IMG/VR virus record: IMGVR_UViG_3300025131_009739
Coordinates: 1-64,000 of that record
DNA: 64,000 bases
DNA from: a virus
Strand: one strand, 5' to 3'
Part shown: piece by piece, positions 8,883 to 18,440 of the stretch
How positions within the stretch are numbered: the stretch's first letter is position 1
Layout: each line of letters opens with the position of its first letter
Translations under genes and position numbers: made by a program
The notes under the pieces: model-generated
The model's input: the letters and a program-made list of their open reading frames with translations, nothing else
Databases searched by the model: none
Told to the model about the DNA's origin: nothing

Positions 8883-11293
8883 CCACATTTTGCGTAGCCA
8901 CATTTAGCACAAGTTACACACCCATCTTGATAAGTCAAGCCTTCTTGTTCGCAAACTTCGCAGACTTTATCGCTCTCCACTTTTTCCCCATTTTGAATGT
9001 AGTTCTTAAGAATTCTCGCGACACACCTTGAGAAGCTGAACATGTCACTGTCTCGATCTTTATGGAGTTGTTCAACGAGGAAGCTTGGTTTTGCTCCATG
9101 CCGCAGTGCGAGAGAAATCATTCTTGTGAATGCTGAATTTGTTGGGTTGTCAAAAACGGTCACAACATCTTTGATAAAAATAGCGTCGTCCCCTTCGTCT
9201 ACTTGAAGATCGTATCTGTTGTTTCTGGTTTTAAAGGTGTGTTTTGTCAAAGTTCCATGAATATGTTTTTTTGGGATCTCGATCAAGTTTGAAAGACCTC
9301 CTAAAACTTCATATGGCTTGTCATCATAAATACCGATAAGAATTGTCCATTTTTCACCTTGGATAGTGGTATGGTGGATATCACAAAGAAGGTCTTTCGG
9401 TCTTTTCGGAGCACCATTTTGTGGAAATGTTCCCTTGGAATTTTTTGTTACGAGAACGCCACTTCTGCTTCCGTCAACATAAACTGTTATACCTTTAAGC
9501 CCTTTTTTCCACCCTTCGAAATAAAGTTTGCCTACAACACTTGGGTCGGTGCCCTTTGGTAGGTTGATAGTTGAGCTAATCGAATGATCTATACTTTTTT
9601 GGACGGCAGCCTGAATTTCTACTCTTTTTGGCCAGTCAATTTGGTCACTCTCAACAAAAAAGTCCGGGACTTCTTCCGTTTTTAGTAGATCTAGATATTC
9701 CTGCAGATTGTGGTGGAAAACATCGTATTCTAACCATTTGTCTCCAAGCTCATCGATGTAGTCCGGTGTAATATCTTTTTCGTTGTGAGAAAGCTTGCGC
9801 CTTCGTTTGTAAGAATTTCTAAAGACGGGTTCAAGTCCAGAGCTGGTTTGTGACATAATAGAAACAGAACCAGTGGGAGCGTTTGTAAGAATGGAGATAT
9901 TGCGTCTTCCAAATCTGGAAATTTGTTCCTGCAAAATTTTTGGCAGTTTCGAAATATAGGAATTCGATTTCTCTTTCTCCCAATCAAATACTGGAAAAGC
10001 TCCGCGTTCCTTTGCTAAATTAACACTTTCTGTATACGCAGCATCTCTTAAAGTTTCATAAATTTTTTCTATCACCTTCAAGGCCTCGTCAGAATCATAG
10101 CGAAGGTTCAGACATGCAATTGCGTCCGCTAGTCCATGAGTCCCCAGTCCAGTTCTCCTACCATTTTGACAAGCCTTTAAAAGATTTTTCCATAAAGCTC
10201 TTTCGTCCTTTGTATCACAAATTTTAATAATATTTTCGAGCTTCTCAATCTCAAGTTCCACCAAATCATCTGACAGTCTCATCGCTTGAGTTGCAACTTT
10301 ATAAAGTTTATTAAAATTAAACTTCGGATTCTTGAACGGCTTACTTACGAAATTTTTGAGATTGATCGAAATTAAGCGGCAACTATCATAAGCAGAAAGT
10401 GGTATTTCTCCACAAGGATTCGTCGTAATAGTTTTAAACCCGACATCAGCATAACATTCTGCTGGAAGGTTATTAATGATATTGTCCCACATCATGAGTC
10501 CCGGTTCAGCCGTTTTCGTTGCTGACTCAACAATGAGATCCCACAATTCTTTTGCTTCGATTTCTTTTGTTATGGTTGGGTTACTAGAATTGACAGGGAA
10601 CTGCAAAGTGAACTTTTGTTTATTTTCAACTGCTTCCATGAACTCATCACTTATTTTAACTGATACGTTTGCTCCGGTAACCTTCGTTAAATCGTGTTTC
10701 ATAGCCACAAATTGTTCAACATCAGGATGCTTTACGTCCATCGTGATCATTAACGCTCCTCGTCTTCCGTTCTGCCCGATCATGCGACATACATAAGAAT
10801 AGAAATCAGCGAAGGACCAGGCGCCAGTTGTAGTACCGGCAGAGTTGTTAACAGAGGCGTTTTCGGGACGCAATTCAGAAATGTCGAGCCCTACACCACA
10901 ACGGCGCTTAAACAGGTTAGCGAGGTATTTACCTGAATCAACAATTGAAGAAATATTGTCCTTCGGAGAATCGACGACGACGCAATTTGATAAAGAAACG
11001 TTAACGTAATTGTTTCCAATACCCATCATTGGAGAGCCTTGAGGAACAACGTATTTGAAGTTTTTTAGCAGTTCATATATATCGTCTTGTGAAAGCGCAC
11101 CTTTTCCGCCAAACTTTTGCTCCATTCTGGCAAATTCTTTCGCCATACGAACGTGCATATCGTTAGGGCTCTCTTCTACGAAGTCGCCTTTCTTATTTTT
11201 TAAGGCATACTTGGTCATCCAAACGTTAGCAGCCAGCCGATCATCGTTAAAATATTTTAACGCAGTCTCTTGTACATGTTCTTCACTGTGCAT
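8879..11293 (-). CDS. nrdJ: Class II (adenosylcobalamin-dependent) ribonucleotide reductase
   Basis: SLSNCVV, QNGRRGALM, TNPCGEIPL, APTGSVS, C-terminal CEVC...CAKCGYAKC; no NrdB partner in the window. Confidence 0.92.
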   Translation of the reverse strand: MHSEEHVQETALKYFNDDRLAANVWMTKYALKNKKGDFVEESPNDMHVRMAKEFARMEQKFGGKGALSQDDIYELLKNFKYVVPQGSPMMGIGNNYVNVSLSNCVVVDSPKDNISSIVDSGKYLANLFKRRCGVGLDISELRPENASVNNSAGTTTGAWSFADFYSYVCRMIGQNGRRGALMITMDVKHPDVEQFVAMKHDLTKVTGANVSVKISDEFMEAVENKQKFTLQFPVNSSNPTITKEIEAKELWDLIVESATKTAEPGLMMWDNIINNLPAECYADVGFKTITTNPCGEIPLSAYDSCRLISINLKNFVSKPFKNPKFNFNKLYKVATQAMRLSDDLVELEIEKLENIIKICDTKDERALWKNLLKACQNGRRTGLGTHGLADAIACLNLRYDSDEALKVIEKIYETLRDAAYTESVNLAKERGAFPVFDWEKEKSNSYISKLPKILQEQISRFGRRNISILTNAPTGSVSIMSQTSSGLEPVFRNSYKRRRKLSHNEKDITPDYIDELGDKWLEYDVFHHNLQEYLDLLKTEEVPDFFVESDQIDWPKRVEIQAAVQKSIDHSISSTINLPKGTDPSVVGKLYFEGWKKGLKGITVYVDGSRSGVLVTKNSKGTFPQNGAPKRPKDLLCDIHHTTIQGEKWTILIGIYDDKPYEVLGGLSNLIEIPKKHIHGTLTKHTFKTRNNRYDLQVDEGDDAIFIKDVVTVFDNPTNSAFTRMISLALRHGAKPSFLVEQLHKDRDSDMFSFSRCVARILKNYIQNGEKVESDKVCEVCEQEGLTYQDGCVTCAKCGYAKCG

Positions 11294-12695
11294 CTTTCTT
11301 GTTCCTCCCGTTTTTAAATTGTTTATATTTTTCTTTCAGTAAGGTCGCCTGCTCTTTAGTTTCCTTTGCTGCTTTATCTCTAGCTGCTTTAGCATTAAGA
11401 TCGTCGATGGATTCATCAATAGATTCAAACACTTTAATACAGACATTTGAAGTGTCCATAAATATAGGGTGTATCAGTCCATCGGGACCAAACCTATTTT
11501 TAGCAACAAACAATTTTCCAGTGTTTGTATTTTTGTGCTCAATTGTCCTGGAAATGGAAAAAATAAAATCTGCGACGAAACATTTGTTAAAGGCTTCGGA
11601 AATAGATTCCATTGTTATAACTTCAGCATTCAATCCAGACCTATTAGTTTGTGAAGCTGTCCAAACAGGACAGTCGAATATTTGAGCAATCGCTCTTAAC
11701 TCTTCATAAATAGATTCCAACTCCATTCTTTTCTCTTTACGAATAACATTTGGTTTTAAAAGATCTCCGTAATCAACAAGAACCATATCAACATTAAAAT
11801 CTCGTTGCCGTAATTTTTCAAGATGATTTTCTAAAGTTCTTGTAGAGGCTGACTTTGTTGGATATTCTTTAACAATCAAGCCACCTTCAAGGTCTTGAAC
11901 ATTCTCATAAATCTGTTCTTTGAACACAAACAAGTCTTTAAGTGGTACTCCCGTTATACAACTGTCATATCTTGATGCTACCATAGTATCGGATAATTCT
12001 AAAGTGTAATGGACAACATTTTTTCCTTCTTTTATTGCTTGAGCACCAAGATGAACCAAAACCATAGATTTTCCTGCTCCAGTCGGCGCAACAACCACTC
12101 CAAGCTCCCCTCTGCCAAGCCCGCCTTTCGTTATGTCATCAATATAATCCCACCCAGTCGTCACAGGGTTTCTAGATCTAATCTGAAATCTTTTTTCAAA
12201 ATCCTTCAGGTAATCATAGCCAAAATTGTTATCACATCCTAATTTGAGAGCATCGTTAATTGTACATGCAATCTCATCAAATGAAGAGCTTTTGAGAAGC
12301 CCAACACTTTTAAGCATGGCCTCTTTCAGTACTTGTTTCCTACAAAAATCAAGAGCAGTGTCCTTAATATACCCCTCTCCCTCAACTTCCATATCAGATT
12401 TATGAATTCTAGAAAAATAATCTCTCACTTGTTTTTGTGTAGCGTCATTTTCATCATCTAATTCAGAACGCATTATTGTTAGCATGATGCGAACTGTTGG
12501 GTGGACTTTATACTTCTCTCTGTAAGAGAAAACTTTCTCAATAAAAACACGAAGATACTTGAGTTCCAAGAACTGTATATCTAACACCTCTTCGATTTGA
12601 TCGCAAAAAATTCTGTCTTGCAGAATCAGTTGGCATAATTTTTCTTGAAAATCTTTGCCATATTTTGAAAAATCTACTCTCTCTTCTTTTGTCAT
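11283..12695 (-). CDS. dnaB: DnaB/gp41-like replicative helicase
   Basis: GELGVVVAPTGAGKS Walker A, VLVDYGDLL, WTASQTNR, AKNRFG. Confidence 0.92.
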   Translation of the reverse strand: MTKEERVDFSKYGKDFQEKLCQLILQDRIFCDQIEEVLDIQFLELKYLRVFIEKVFSYREKYKVHPTVRIMLTIMRSELDDENDATQKQVRDYFSRIHKSDMEVEGEGYIKDTALDFCRKQVLKEAMLKSVGLLKSSSFDEIACTINDALKLGCDNNFGYDYLKDFEKRFQIRSRNPVTTGWDYIDDITKGGLGRGELGVVVAPTGAGKSMVLVHLGAQAIKEGKNVVHYTLELSDTMVASRYDSCITGVPLKDLFVFKEQIYENVQDLEGGLIVKEYPTKSASTRTLENHLEKLRQRDFNVDMVLVDYGDLLKPNVIRKEKRMELESIYEELRAIAQIFDCPVWTASQTNRSGLNAEVITMESISEAFNKCFVADFIFSISRTIEHKNTNTGKLFVAKNRFGPDGLIHPIFMDTSNVCIKVFESIDESIDDLNAKAARDKAAKETKEQATLLKEKYKQFKNGRNKKDAQ

Positions 12696-12711
12696 AATTG
12701 CTCTTTTTTTT

Positions 12712-12788
12712 TGGTGCGCCCGGCTGGACTTGAACCAGAGACCTCCACCTTATAAGAGTGGCGTTCTAACCTACTGAACTACGAGCGT
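12712..12788 (-). tRNA. tRNA-Ile(UAU)
   Basis: 77-nt cloverleaf ACGCTCG-TA-GTTC/GAAC D arm, CCACT-CTTATAA-GGTGG anticodon arm (TAT), GGTTCAAGTCC T arm, encoded CCA; mismatches at 1:72 and 49:65. Confidence 0.88.
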
Positions 12789-12793
12789 GAATA

Positions 12794-12967
12794 TTAACTA
12801 TAAAAATATTTTATATCATAGTTATACATCTTCTTAATTTTTTTAACGACTGCTTTTGCAATCATCCTTCTAGAAATTTCTGAGGAGATATTTGTTGAAT
12901 AACTGTTAAAATCTTCAAGTATTTCAATTATAATTTTCTCCATCTCTCTATCTTTATCGTGAATCAT
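12794..12967 (-). CDS. Small hypothetical protein (possibly leaderless)
   Basis: MIHDKDREMEKIIIEIL...; ATG lies about 7 nt below the -10 box. Confidence 0.55.
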   Translation of the reverse strand: MIHDKDREMEKIIIEILEDFNSYSTNISSEISRRMIAKAVVKKIKKMYNYDIKYFYS

Positions 12968-12973
12968 TATTCT

Positions 12974-13002
12974 AATATACACTAATCTTCTTTCTTTGTC
13001 AA
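12974..13002 (-). promoter_or_regulatory. sigma70-type promoter for the small ORF, tRNA, helicase and nrdJ
   Basis: TTGACA (13002-12997), 17 bp, TATATT (12979-12974) with TG extension. Confidence 0.8.
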
Positions 13003-13872
13003 GTTCATTCTTTCCATGCACTTGTCATAATATTTTTTATCTAATTCACATCCGATAAAGTTTCTTCCTGTGTTGTTCGCGGCCATGGCAGTTGTCCCAG
13101 AACCAAGAAAACAATCCAAAACAGTGTCACCCTTGTTTGAATGTTTGGTGACTAACTCCTCAAACAAAGGCAGACTCTTCTGAGTTGGATGACATCTATC
13201 TTTTCCCGAATGAATTGGATACTGGTACATGCCGTTATCATACGAACTGTTGAAAGTAGGCTTTTCTTTCTTAACTCCAAGAAGAGCTATTTCCCTACAA
13301 TTTGTAAGATAATTAAGGCTGCTATTGCGAGGCTGCGGGTTTGTTTTTATCCACTCAACAAATCTCAGTTGCTTGAAGTTGGTTCCTTCCATTTTTTCCT
13401 TCAGATAAGATATCTTCCAGAGATCGAAGAATATAATACAAGTTCCGCTATTCTTAAGAACGCGATAAAATTGCTCAACAAACAAATCCAATTGTTCCAT
13501 GGAAAAATCAGAATCCCAAGAGCCAAAGTCAGTTTGAACAGCATATTTTTTGCCGTAAATGCTTCCGTACTTTAGATAATCTTGTTTTAGTTTTTCTAGT
13601 TGCTTACTACGTAAATCCTCCGGCACATTGCCGGCTTCAAACCATCGTTCCCATTCTTCAGCAGACTTATAGTTGCCCCACTCTTTTTCGGTTTTTACAT
13701 CGACCGAGCCAGACTTATTTTGTTGATTTACATGTTTGACCCATTTATCCATACCTGATTCTTTAGAGGTTATGTATGGAGGGTCAATTAGAACGAGGTC
13801 TATAGAGTTGTCTGGAATATCTAATAAAAACTCGAGACCTTCTTTGTTGTATATTTCAATATTATTCTGCAA
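12982..13872 (-). CDS. Beta-class amino (N6-A/N4-C) DNA methyltransferase
   Basis: IDLVLIDPPY precedes HPTQKS and VLDCFLGSGTT...FIGCELD. Confidence 0.92.
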   Translation of the reverse strand: MQNNIEIYNKEGLEFLLDIPDNSIDLVLIDPPYITSKESGMDKWVKHVNQQNKSGSVDVKTEKEWGNYKSAEEWERWFEAGNVPEDLRSKQLEKLKQDYLKYGSIYGKKYAVQTDFGSWDSDFSMEQLDLFVEQFYRVLKNSGTCIIFFDLWKISYLKEKMEGTNFKQLRFVEWIKTNPQPRNSSLNYLTNCREIALLGVKKEKPTFNSSYDNGMYQYPIHSGKDRCHPTQKSLPLFEELVTKHSNKGDTVLDCFLGSGTTAMAANNTGRNFIGCELDKKYYDKCMERMNLTKKED

Positions 13873-15313
13873 CTTGACGACTCATGACTTCTGGTTTTTG
13901 AAAATCAAAATGTGGTTCATTATCCTTAGAGCCCTTCTTTCTATTTTCTTTCGTAGTCATAAGTTCAGCATTTTCTATGGCTGTTTCACCGCCGTTAGCA
14001 ACGGATTTAACATGGTCAGTTTCGTACTTGCCTCCCCTGTAAAGATCAAGTATGTCAACAACATCTCCGTCTCTAGTTTTCCCACCTTGAAGTCCCCACA
14101 ATTCAAGCTTGTCATCGAATGTAAAGTTGTCCTTGCTGGTTCGAATCTTTGGTTTTTCACTTAGCACGCTATTGTTAATAAGCTCTTCTTTCTCATCATA
14201 CAGGTCTCTGCCGAAAAGCAGCGCGGTTTTCCTATAAAATTTTTGATCACCATAAGTCGTAGTCCAATGAATGTAAGACTTTTCTTCTTTCTCTTTTTCT
14301 ATAACAGTTTCAGCATATTCATTATACTTTGTATTCTTCGTTAGGAACCATGTCGAGAAGTCCTTATAATCGTCGATTTGGAGACCATACTCATCAACGA
14401 GGTAAATGACGTCACAGAGATTATGCCACAGTCCGGTTGTTATTTGGTTCTTATTCAGTACCGCAGCCCTACATTTTTTGACCTCTTTTAAAATATTTCT
14501 AACAGTTGTTTGCGTATTTGAGTCGACACTATTATTTTCTTCGTAATATTCATCCAAGGCTTTTTTCTTAAGACTGGTATCGAAGCTTTTGTCATGCTTA
14601 ATGCAAAGCTGCGCTGTCATTGATTCGTGAGTTCTTTTATCGTAGCTATTAGCATTTTTGAATACAAATAGAAAACCATCTCTAATAGTTGACATATTAG
14701 CAATCTCTCTAATAGTTGCCGCCAAGTCAGTTGGATTTGCTTGCCTCCACTCTTGGTGATTTAGCGGTATTGCTCTATTTACGTTCCTAAATATATCACA
14801 CATGGCATCTTTAGAAATTCTCCTTAGTATAATTTTTGTTAGCTGCTTGTAGTGGAGAACAGAGTCTTGCTCTTCTTCATCAAGATCTTTAAAATATTTT
14901 TTTATTCTCGCTCCAGTTACAGAATCCGGAATTAACGCTGGAAGCTTTCCTTCCACAAACCCACTGATCGAGCTTGCGGTGTTATTGCCATCAATGCTAA
15001 TCTCCTCAAACCCCTGATCTAAGACCCCTTGAAAATATTCGATATCTTCCTGAGATTTTTGTTCTTTGGCCCACCTAAGACAATCTTCTACCTTAGCAGT
15101 CATGACTCTTGAACCAACTGCTCCTCCAGTGATAAGATTGCCAACAAATTCTGAACACTGCTTTTTATCCCAACCTGATCCACGGTCAATGCCGCCATAT
15201 CTTTGAAAAGACCCATCCAAAAATGTTTTTAGATATTGTTTAGCAATCTGTTTTATGCTTTGTTTTTCTTCCTTTTCGTCCCAAGGATCCGCGTCAATTA
15301 TTTTATATGTCAT
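13862..15313 (-). CDS. DUF262 (GmrS/ParB-like) plus C-terminal HNH nuclease protein
   Basis: FQR...W, ISIDGNNT (DGQQR variant), IFRNVN..PL; C-terminal ETDHVKSVANGGETAIENAELMTTKENRKKG HNH motif. Confidence 0.72.
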   Translation of the reverse strand: MTYKIIDADPWDEKEEKQSIKQIAKQYLKTFLDGSFQRYGGIDRGSGWDKKQCSEFVGNLITGGAVGSRVMTAKVEDCLRWAKEQKSQEDIEYFQGVLDQGFEEISIDGNNTASSISGFVEGKLPALIPDSVTGARIKKYFKDLDEEEQDSVLHYKQLTKIILRRISKDAMCDIFRNVNRAIPLNHQEWRQANPTDLAATIREIANMSTIRDGFLFVFKNANSYDKRTHESMTAQLCIKHDKSFDTSLKKKALDEYYEENNSVDSNTQTTVRNILKEVKKCRAAVLNKNQITTGLWHNLCDVIYLVDEYGLQIDDYKDFSTWFLTKNTKYNEYAETVIEKEKEEKSYIHWTTTYGDQKFYRKTALLFGRDLYDEKEELINNSVLSEKPKIRTSKDNFTFDDKLELWGLQGGKTRDGDVVDILDLYRGGKYETDHVKSVANGGETAIENAELMTTKENRKKGSKDNEPHFDFQKPEVMSRQVAE

Positions 15314-15347
15314 GCTTAGTAAGCTCTCCTTTTATTTTATATTACTT

Positions 15348-15376
15348 ATCATACATCATCTTTTGCTTGTTGTCAA
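15348..15376 (-). promoter_or_regulatory. sigma70-type promoter for the nuclease-methylase pair
   Basis: TTGACA (15376-15371), 17 bp, TATGAT (15353-15348) with TG extension. Confidence 0.8.
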
Positions 15377-16327
15377 GCAAAATCTTTTCATTGTTGCAAA
15401 CATTTCTGACCAATCGTATGCACCAATTCCATCTTCAATCATCAAGCCGATGCATTGAGTTTTATTCAACTCAGGTGTCATCTCCTGAATTGCGTACTTA
15501 ATCTTTTGACTTGCCTGCACCGAGATAAGAGGAGTATATAACTGCATCATTTTATAATTTCTCTGTATTTTCTTCTCTCCGCTCAAAATATTATGATGAA
15601 CTTTTAATGGCTTCTCCACTGATTCACAAGCTTCAAAAAGTGTCTGGATCTCATGCGGATTAGCCTCTGAGAGGAACGGAAACCGCTTAGCAACGGTCTT
15701 TAAGCCCGCTCCCCCTACACCGTCTAGATTGTCGCTCTTGTCGCCGCAAATGGCCCTTGCAAGGGCGAAGTTGTTAGGGTGTATACCAAACGTCTCAACT
15801 AGTCTTTTGACGTTTATGAACTCAATTTGGACCGGCCTATAAACTACTGTTTTATCATTACAGAGTTGATAGAAATCTTTATCACTTGAAATTATAACCT
15901 TCTGAGCGTCCTTAAAATGCTGCATTTGTGCAACATAACTAATGATGTCATCTGCTTCAATTTTTTCAATCATGATCTGAGAAACCGGAAGACAATTGAG
16001 ATATGTTATCAGTCTTCGTTGCTGCCAAACTTTATTGTTTTGTTCTTCTTCCTCTGACATGATACGTACATTACGATTAAGACGAATGGGTTTTCTGCCT
16101 TGTTTATAACCTTTGTGCATTGTCTTTCTTTTTCTGCTTCCATCAGGACCATCCCAGCAGACCACGATATGATCAGGCTTCATCTCTCTACAATATTTTT
16201 GGAGAGATTTGAGAAAGCCAAATGCTCCTCCAATTGGCTGACCATTCGAAGCAATTGAAGGGTTAGATATATAAGCTCTCAAATAAATATTGAGAGCATC
16301 AATTATTAATATTCTTTTCAAAACCAC
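15356..16327 (-). CDS. 5'-3' exonuclease / flap endonuclease (Pol I N-terminal domain or T4 RNase H-like)
   Basis: LIIDALN, VVCWDG, YKQGR, EADDII, ISSDKDFYQL, GDKSDNLDGV.GAGLKT. Confidence 0.93.
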   Translation of the reverse strand: MVLKRILIIDALNIYLRAYISNPSIASNGQPIGGAFGFLKSLQKYCREMKPDHIVVCWDGPDGSRKRKTMHKGYKQGRKPIRLNRNVRIMSEEEEQNNKVWQQRRLITYLNCLPVSQIMIEKIEADDIISYVAQMQHFKDAQKVIISSDKDFYQLCNDKTVVYRPVQIEFINVKRLVETFGIHPNNFALARAICGDKSDNLDGVGGAGLKTVAKRFPFLSEANPHEIQTLFEACESVEKPLKVHHNILSGEKKIQRNYKMMQLYTPLISVQASQKIKYAIQEMTPELNKTQCIGLMIEDGIGAYDWSEMFATMKRFCLTTSKR

Positions 16328-16569
16328 CTTCTTTTTGGATACAACTTATTAATTTCGTCCATACAATCCCCTAATAAACGTTGATAAAATTTTTCATCTT
16401 TAATTTCTGATAGTGGAGGACTCCATGACGATTTAAGTTTTCTCCTTCCTGCCTTAAGTGTCTGTCTCTCGTTGCAATCAAAGAGCGGGCTAGGAAGCTC
16501 TACGTTGATGAGTCTAAATTTCATTTTTGGGAAACATCCCTTAAGATCCTCTAGAAATCTTTCTTCCAT
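16318..16569 (-). CDS. Hypothetical protein
   Basis: ORF fills the gap between the deaminase and the exonuclease; start uncertain. Confidence 0.6.
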   Translation of the reverse strand: MEERFLEDLKGCFPKMKFRLINVELPSPLFDCNERQTLKAGRRKLKSSWSPPLSEIKDEKFYQRLLGDCMDEINKLYPKRRWF

Positions 16570-16582
16570 ACTGTAATTAGAA

Positions 16583-16981
16583 TCACAATTTATAACATTC
16601 AAGCTTGCCGTCATCTGTAGTATAATATATCCTTTTTATTCCAACATGTTTTAAAGCTGTTTCGCACATAGAACAGGGTTTGCTCATTCTAAATTCGCCT
16701 GCCTTATCAACCCTAACAACATAAATATCTGTTCCTCGTGTTATAGATCTGTCTAAATTAAGAACAGCTGCCAACTCAGCATGCAATGTTGATATCCCCT
16801 TGTCCCGCTCACGAAATCTTTTACCAAAAGAGGAATAAGACCACTTATTGCGCGCGGCGTTTATAATATTGCCGCCCTTTACTAAAACTGCACCGTGACT
16901 AGTTTTTTCACAGCTGCCCTGTTGAGCTACTCTTTTCGCAACAGACAAATAACGTTGAGCCCTTGACATCTTTATCGCCAT
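16583..16981 (-). CDS. Zn-dependent cytidine/dCMP deaminase-family protein
   Basis: HGAVLVKGG, LHAE, SKPCSMC, GIKRIYY. Confidence 0.88.
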   Translation of the reverse strand: MAIKMSRAQRYLSVAKRVAQQGSCEKTSHGAVLVKGGNIINAARNKWSYSSFGKRFRERDKGISTLHAELAAVLNLDRSITRGTDIYVVRVDKAGEFRMSKPCSMCETALKHVGIKRIYYTTDDGKLECYKL

Positions 16982-17307
16982 CCAGTAAGATGATCATATT
17001 TTCGGGTTCGGCGCTTCATGCGGTGTCGTGGTGGTCGAATACGGTGATGGTATTGATGATTTGGCTCAAAGATGCCATGCCATGAAGAAAAATAAACGAT
17101 AGGACTTATCTGTCGATAGCTTGATACTTTTGCACACGGTACCACATCTCTGTACCATTTCTGATCATTCAAGAAAGGAATTACCAGTCCATGATAATCT
17201 GTTTCAACGTACTCAATTTCGCAATATTGTTCTGAAGGTATTTCCTCGACGTAGGCAACACAACTAACACTAAAAAGTAGTGGCAGCAAAAAAACCAGGT
17301 TTTTCAT
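16972..17307 (-). CDS. Putative lipoprotein
   Basis: MKNLVFLLPLLFSVSC signal peptide with lipobox-like Cys; Arg/His-rich tail. Confidence 0.55.
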   Translation of the reverse strand: MKNLVFLLPLLFSVSCVAYVEEIPSEQYCEIEYVETDYHGLVIPFLNDQKWYRDVVPCAKVSSYRQISPIVYFSSWHGIFEPNHQYHHRIRPPRHRMKRRTRKYDHLTGWR

Positions 17308-18440
17308 TTTTGTTCTTCTTGTTCGATATCGTAAAAATCCGATGCTTCACCTTGTCTCTTGTCAAATTTGAGTATAACTTCTTCGTCCATTATTTCTAAT
17401 ACTCTATCACGAAACTTCTTATTTGTCAACATGCTTTTCCATTTTGACGGCTGAAATTTTTCTTCCGTACCATCTTTATATTGTAGCGAATACCATGCTC
17501 CACTTTGTTTAAGACAGTCGGCACCTTTAATTGCCTCGAACCAACTCTCTTCATCTTGAATACCAATATCATCTCCCCATAAAATTTTAAAACTTGCTTG
17601 TCTGCCCTGAGTTCCAAAACGGCTTTTTTTGAGAGTAGCTTTAATTTCTGTTCCGACTCTAAATCCTCTTTCATCAAGTACAAAACTGGCCTTCGCTTTT
17701 CGTCCTGTAAGCCAAACGCGAAGAGAATAAGAATAAATCATAGCCTTCCCACCAGGCGTCATATAAGGTTCAACCATCGCTTCAGAAGGACTCCTAGTAA
17801 TATTTGTCTTAAGTTGGTTAAGCACTAGAAATGTCGACTGGCTATTCGCTATTGGAACAGTTAATTTAGACATTCCTTTAGCAAGGATGCGAGCTTTTAC
17901 AGCCATTGAGGACAAAGGATTGAAGTCGCCTTCAACATCACTGACGGATGGAGTCAGAGCAAGACTGTCCCAAATAAAAAGCATACGATTGTCATTATTA
18001 GCAAGAAGATCTTCGATTGTCTCGAGAACAAATTCTACGCTCTGTGCTTGAATATAAAGCAGGCTTTCTAAATCACAGCCTGTGCGCTCTAAAAAAGAAG
18101 GATCAATTGCTGATTCAGAATCGAAATAAACTACATCGATGCCCATATTCTGGGCGTTAGAAGCAACTTGTGCGGCCATGTAAGATTTTCCAGTTGATTC
18201 TAACCCTGCAATTTCAACAACTTTGCCTATCGGAATACCAGTTAACCGCCCACGACAAATAATTGAGTCTAACCAACGAGAACCAGTGGGAATCCAATCT
18301 TTCACTTCTGTTGGGTTGGCAGTGGTTAAATCATGCGCAACAGACATACCAGCCTTTTTATTAATAAGGTTTCGCATGTCCGACATGGAAAGTTTTCCTG
18401 CTTTGGTTTTGATCTTTCTCGTCATTGTTAAACTCTTCAC
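17304..18440 (-). CDS. recA: RecA/UvsX-like recombinase
   Basis: WIPTGS..LD, EIAGLESTGKS, FDSE, IWDSL, LNQL, TPGGKAM. Confidence 0.95.
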   Translation of the reverse strand: MKSLTMTRKIKTKAGKLSMSDMRNLINKKAGMSVAHDLTTANPTEVKDWIPTGSRWLDSIICRGRLTGIPIGKVVEIAGLESTGKSYMAAQVASNAQNMGIDVVYFDSESAIDPSFLERTGCDLESLLYIQAQSVEFVLETIEDLLANNDNRMLFIWDSLALTPSVSDVEGDFNPLSSMAVKARILAKGMSKLTVPIANSQSTFLVLNQLKTNITRSPSEAMVEPYMTPGGKAMIYSYSLRVWLTGRKAKASFVLDERGFRVGTEIKATLKKSRFGTQGRQASFKILWGDDIGIQDEESWFEAIKGADCLKQSGAWYSLQYKDGTEEKFQPSKWKSMLTNKKFRDRVLEIMDEEVILKFDKRQGEASDFYDIEQEEQK

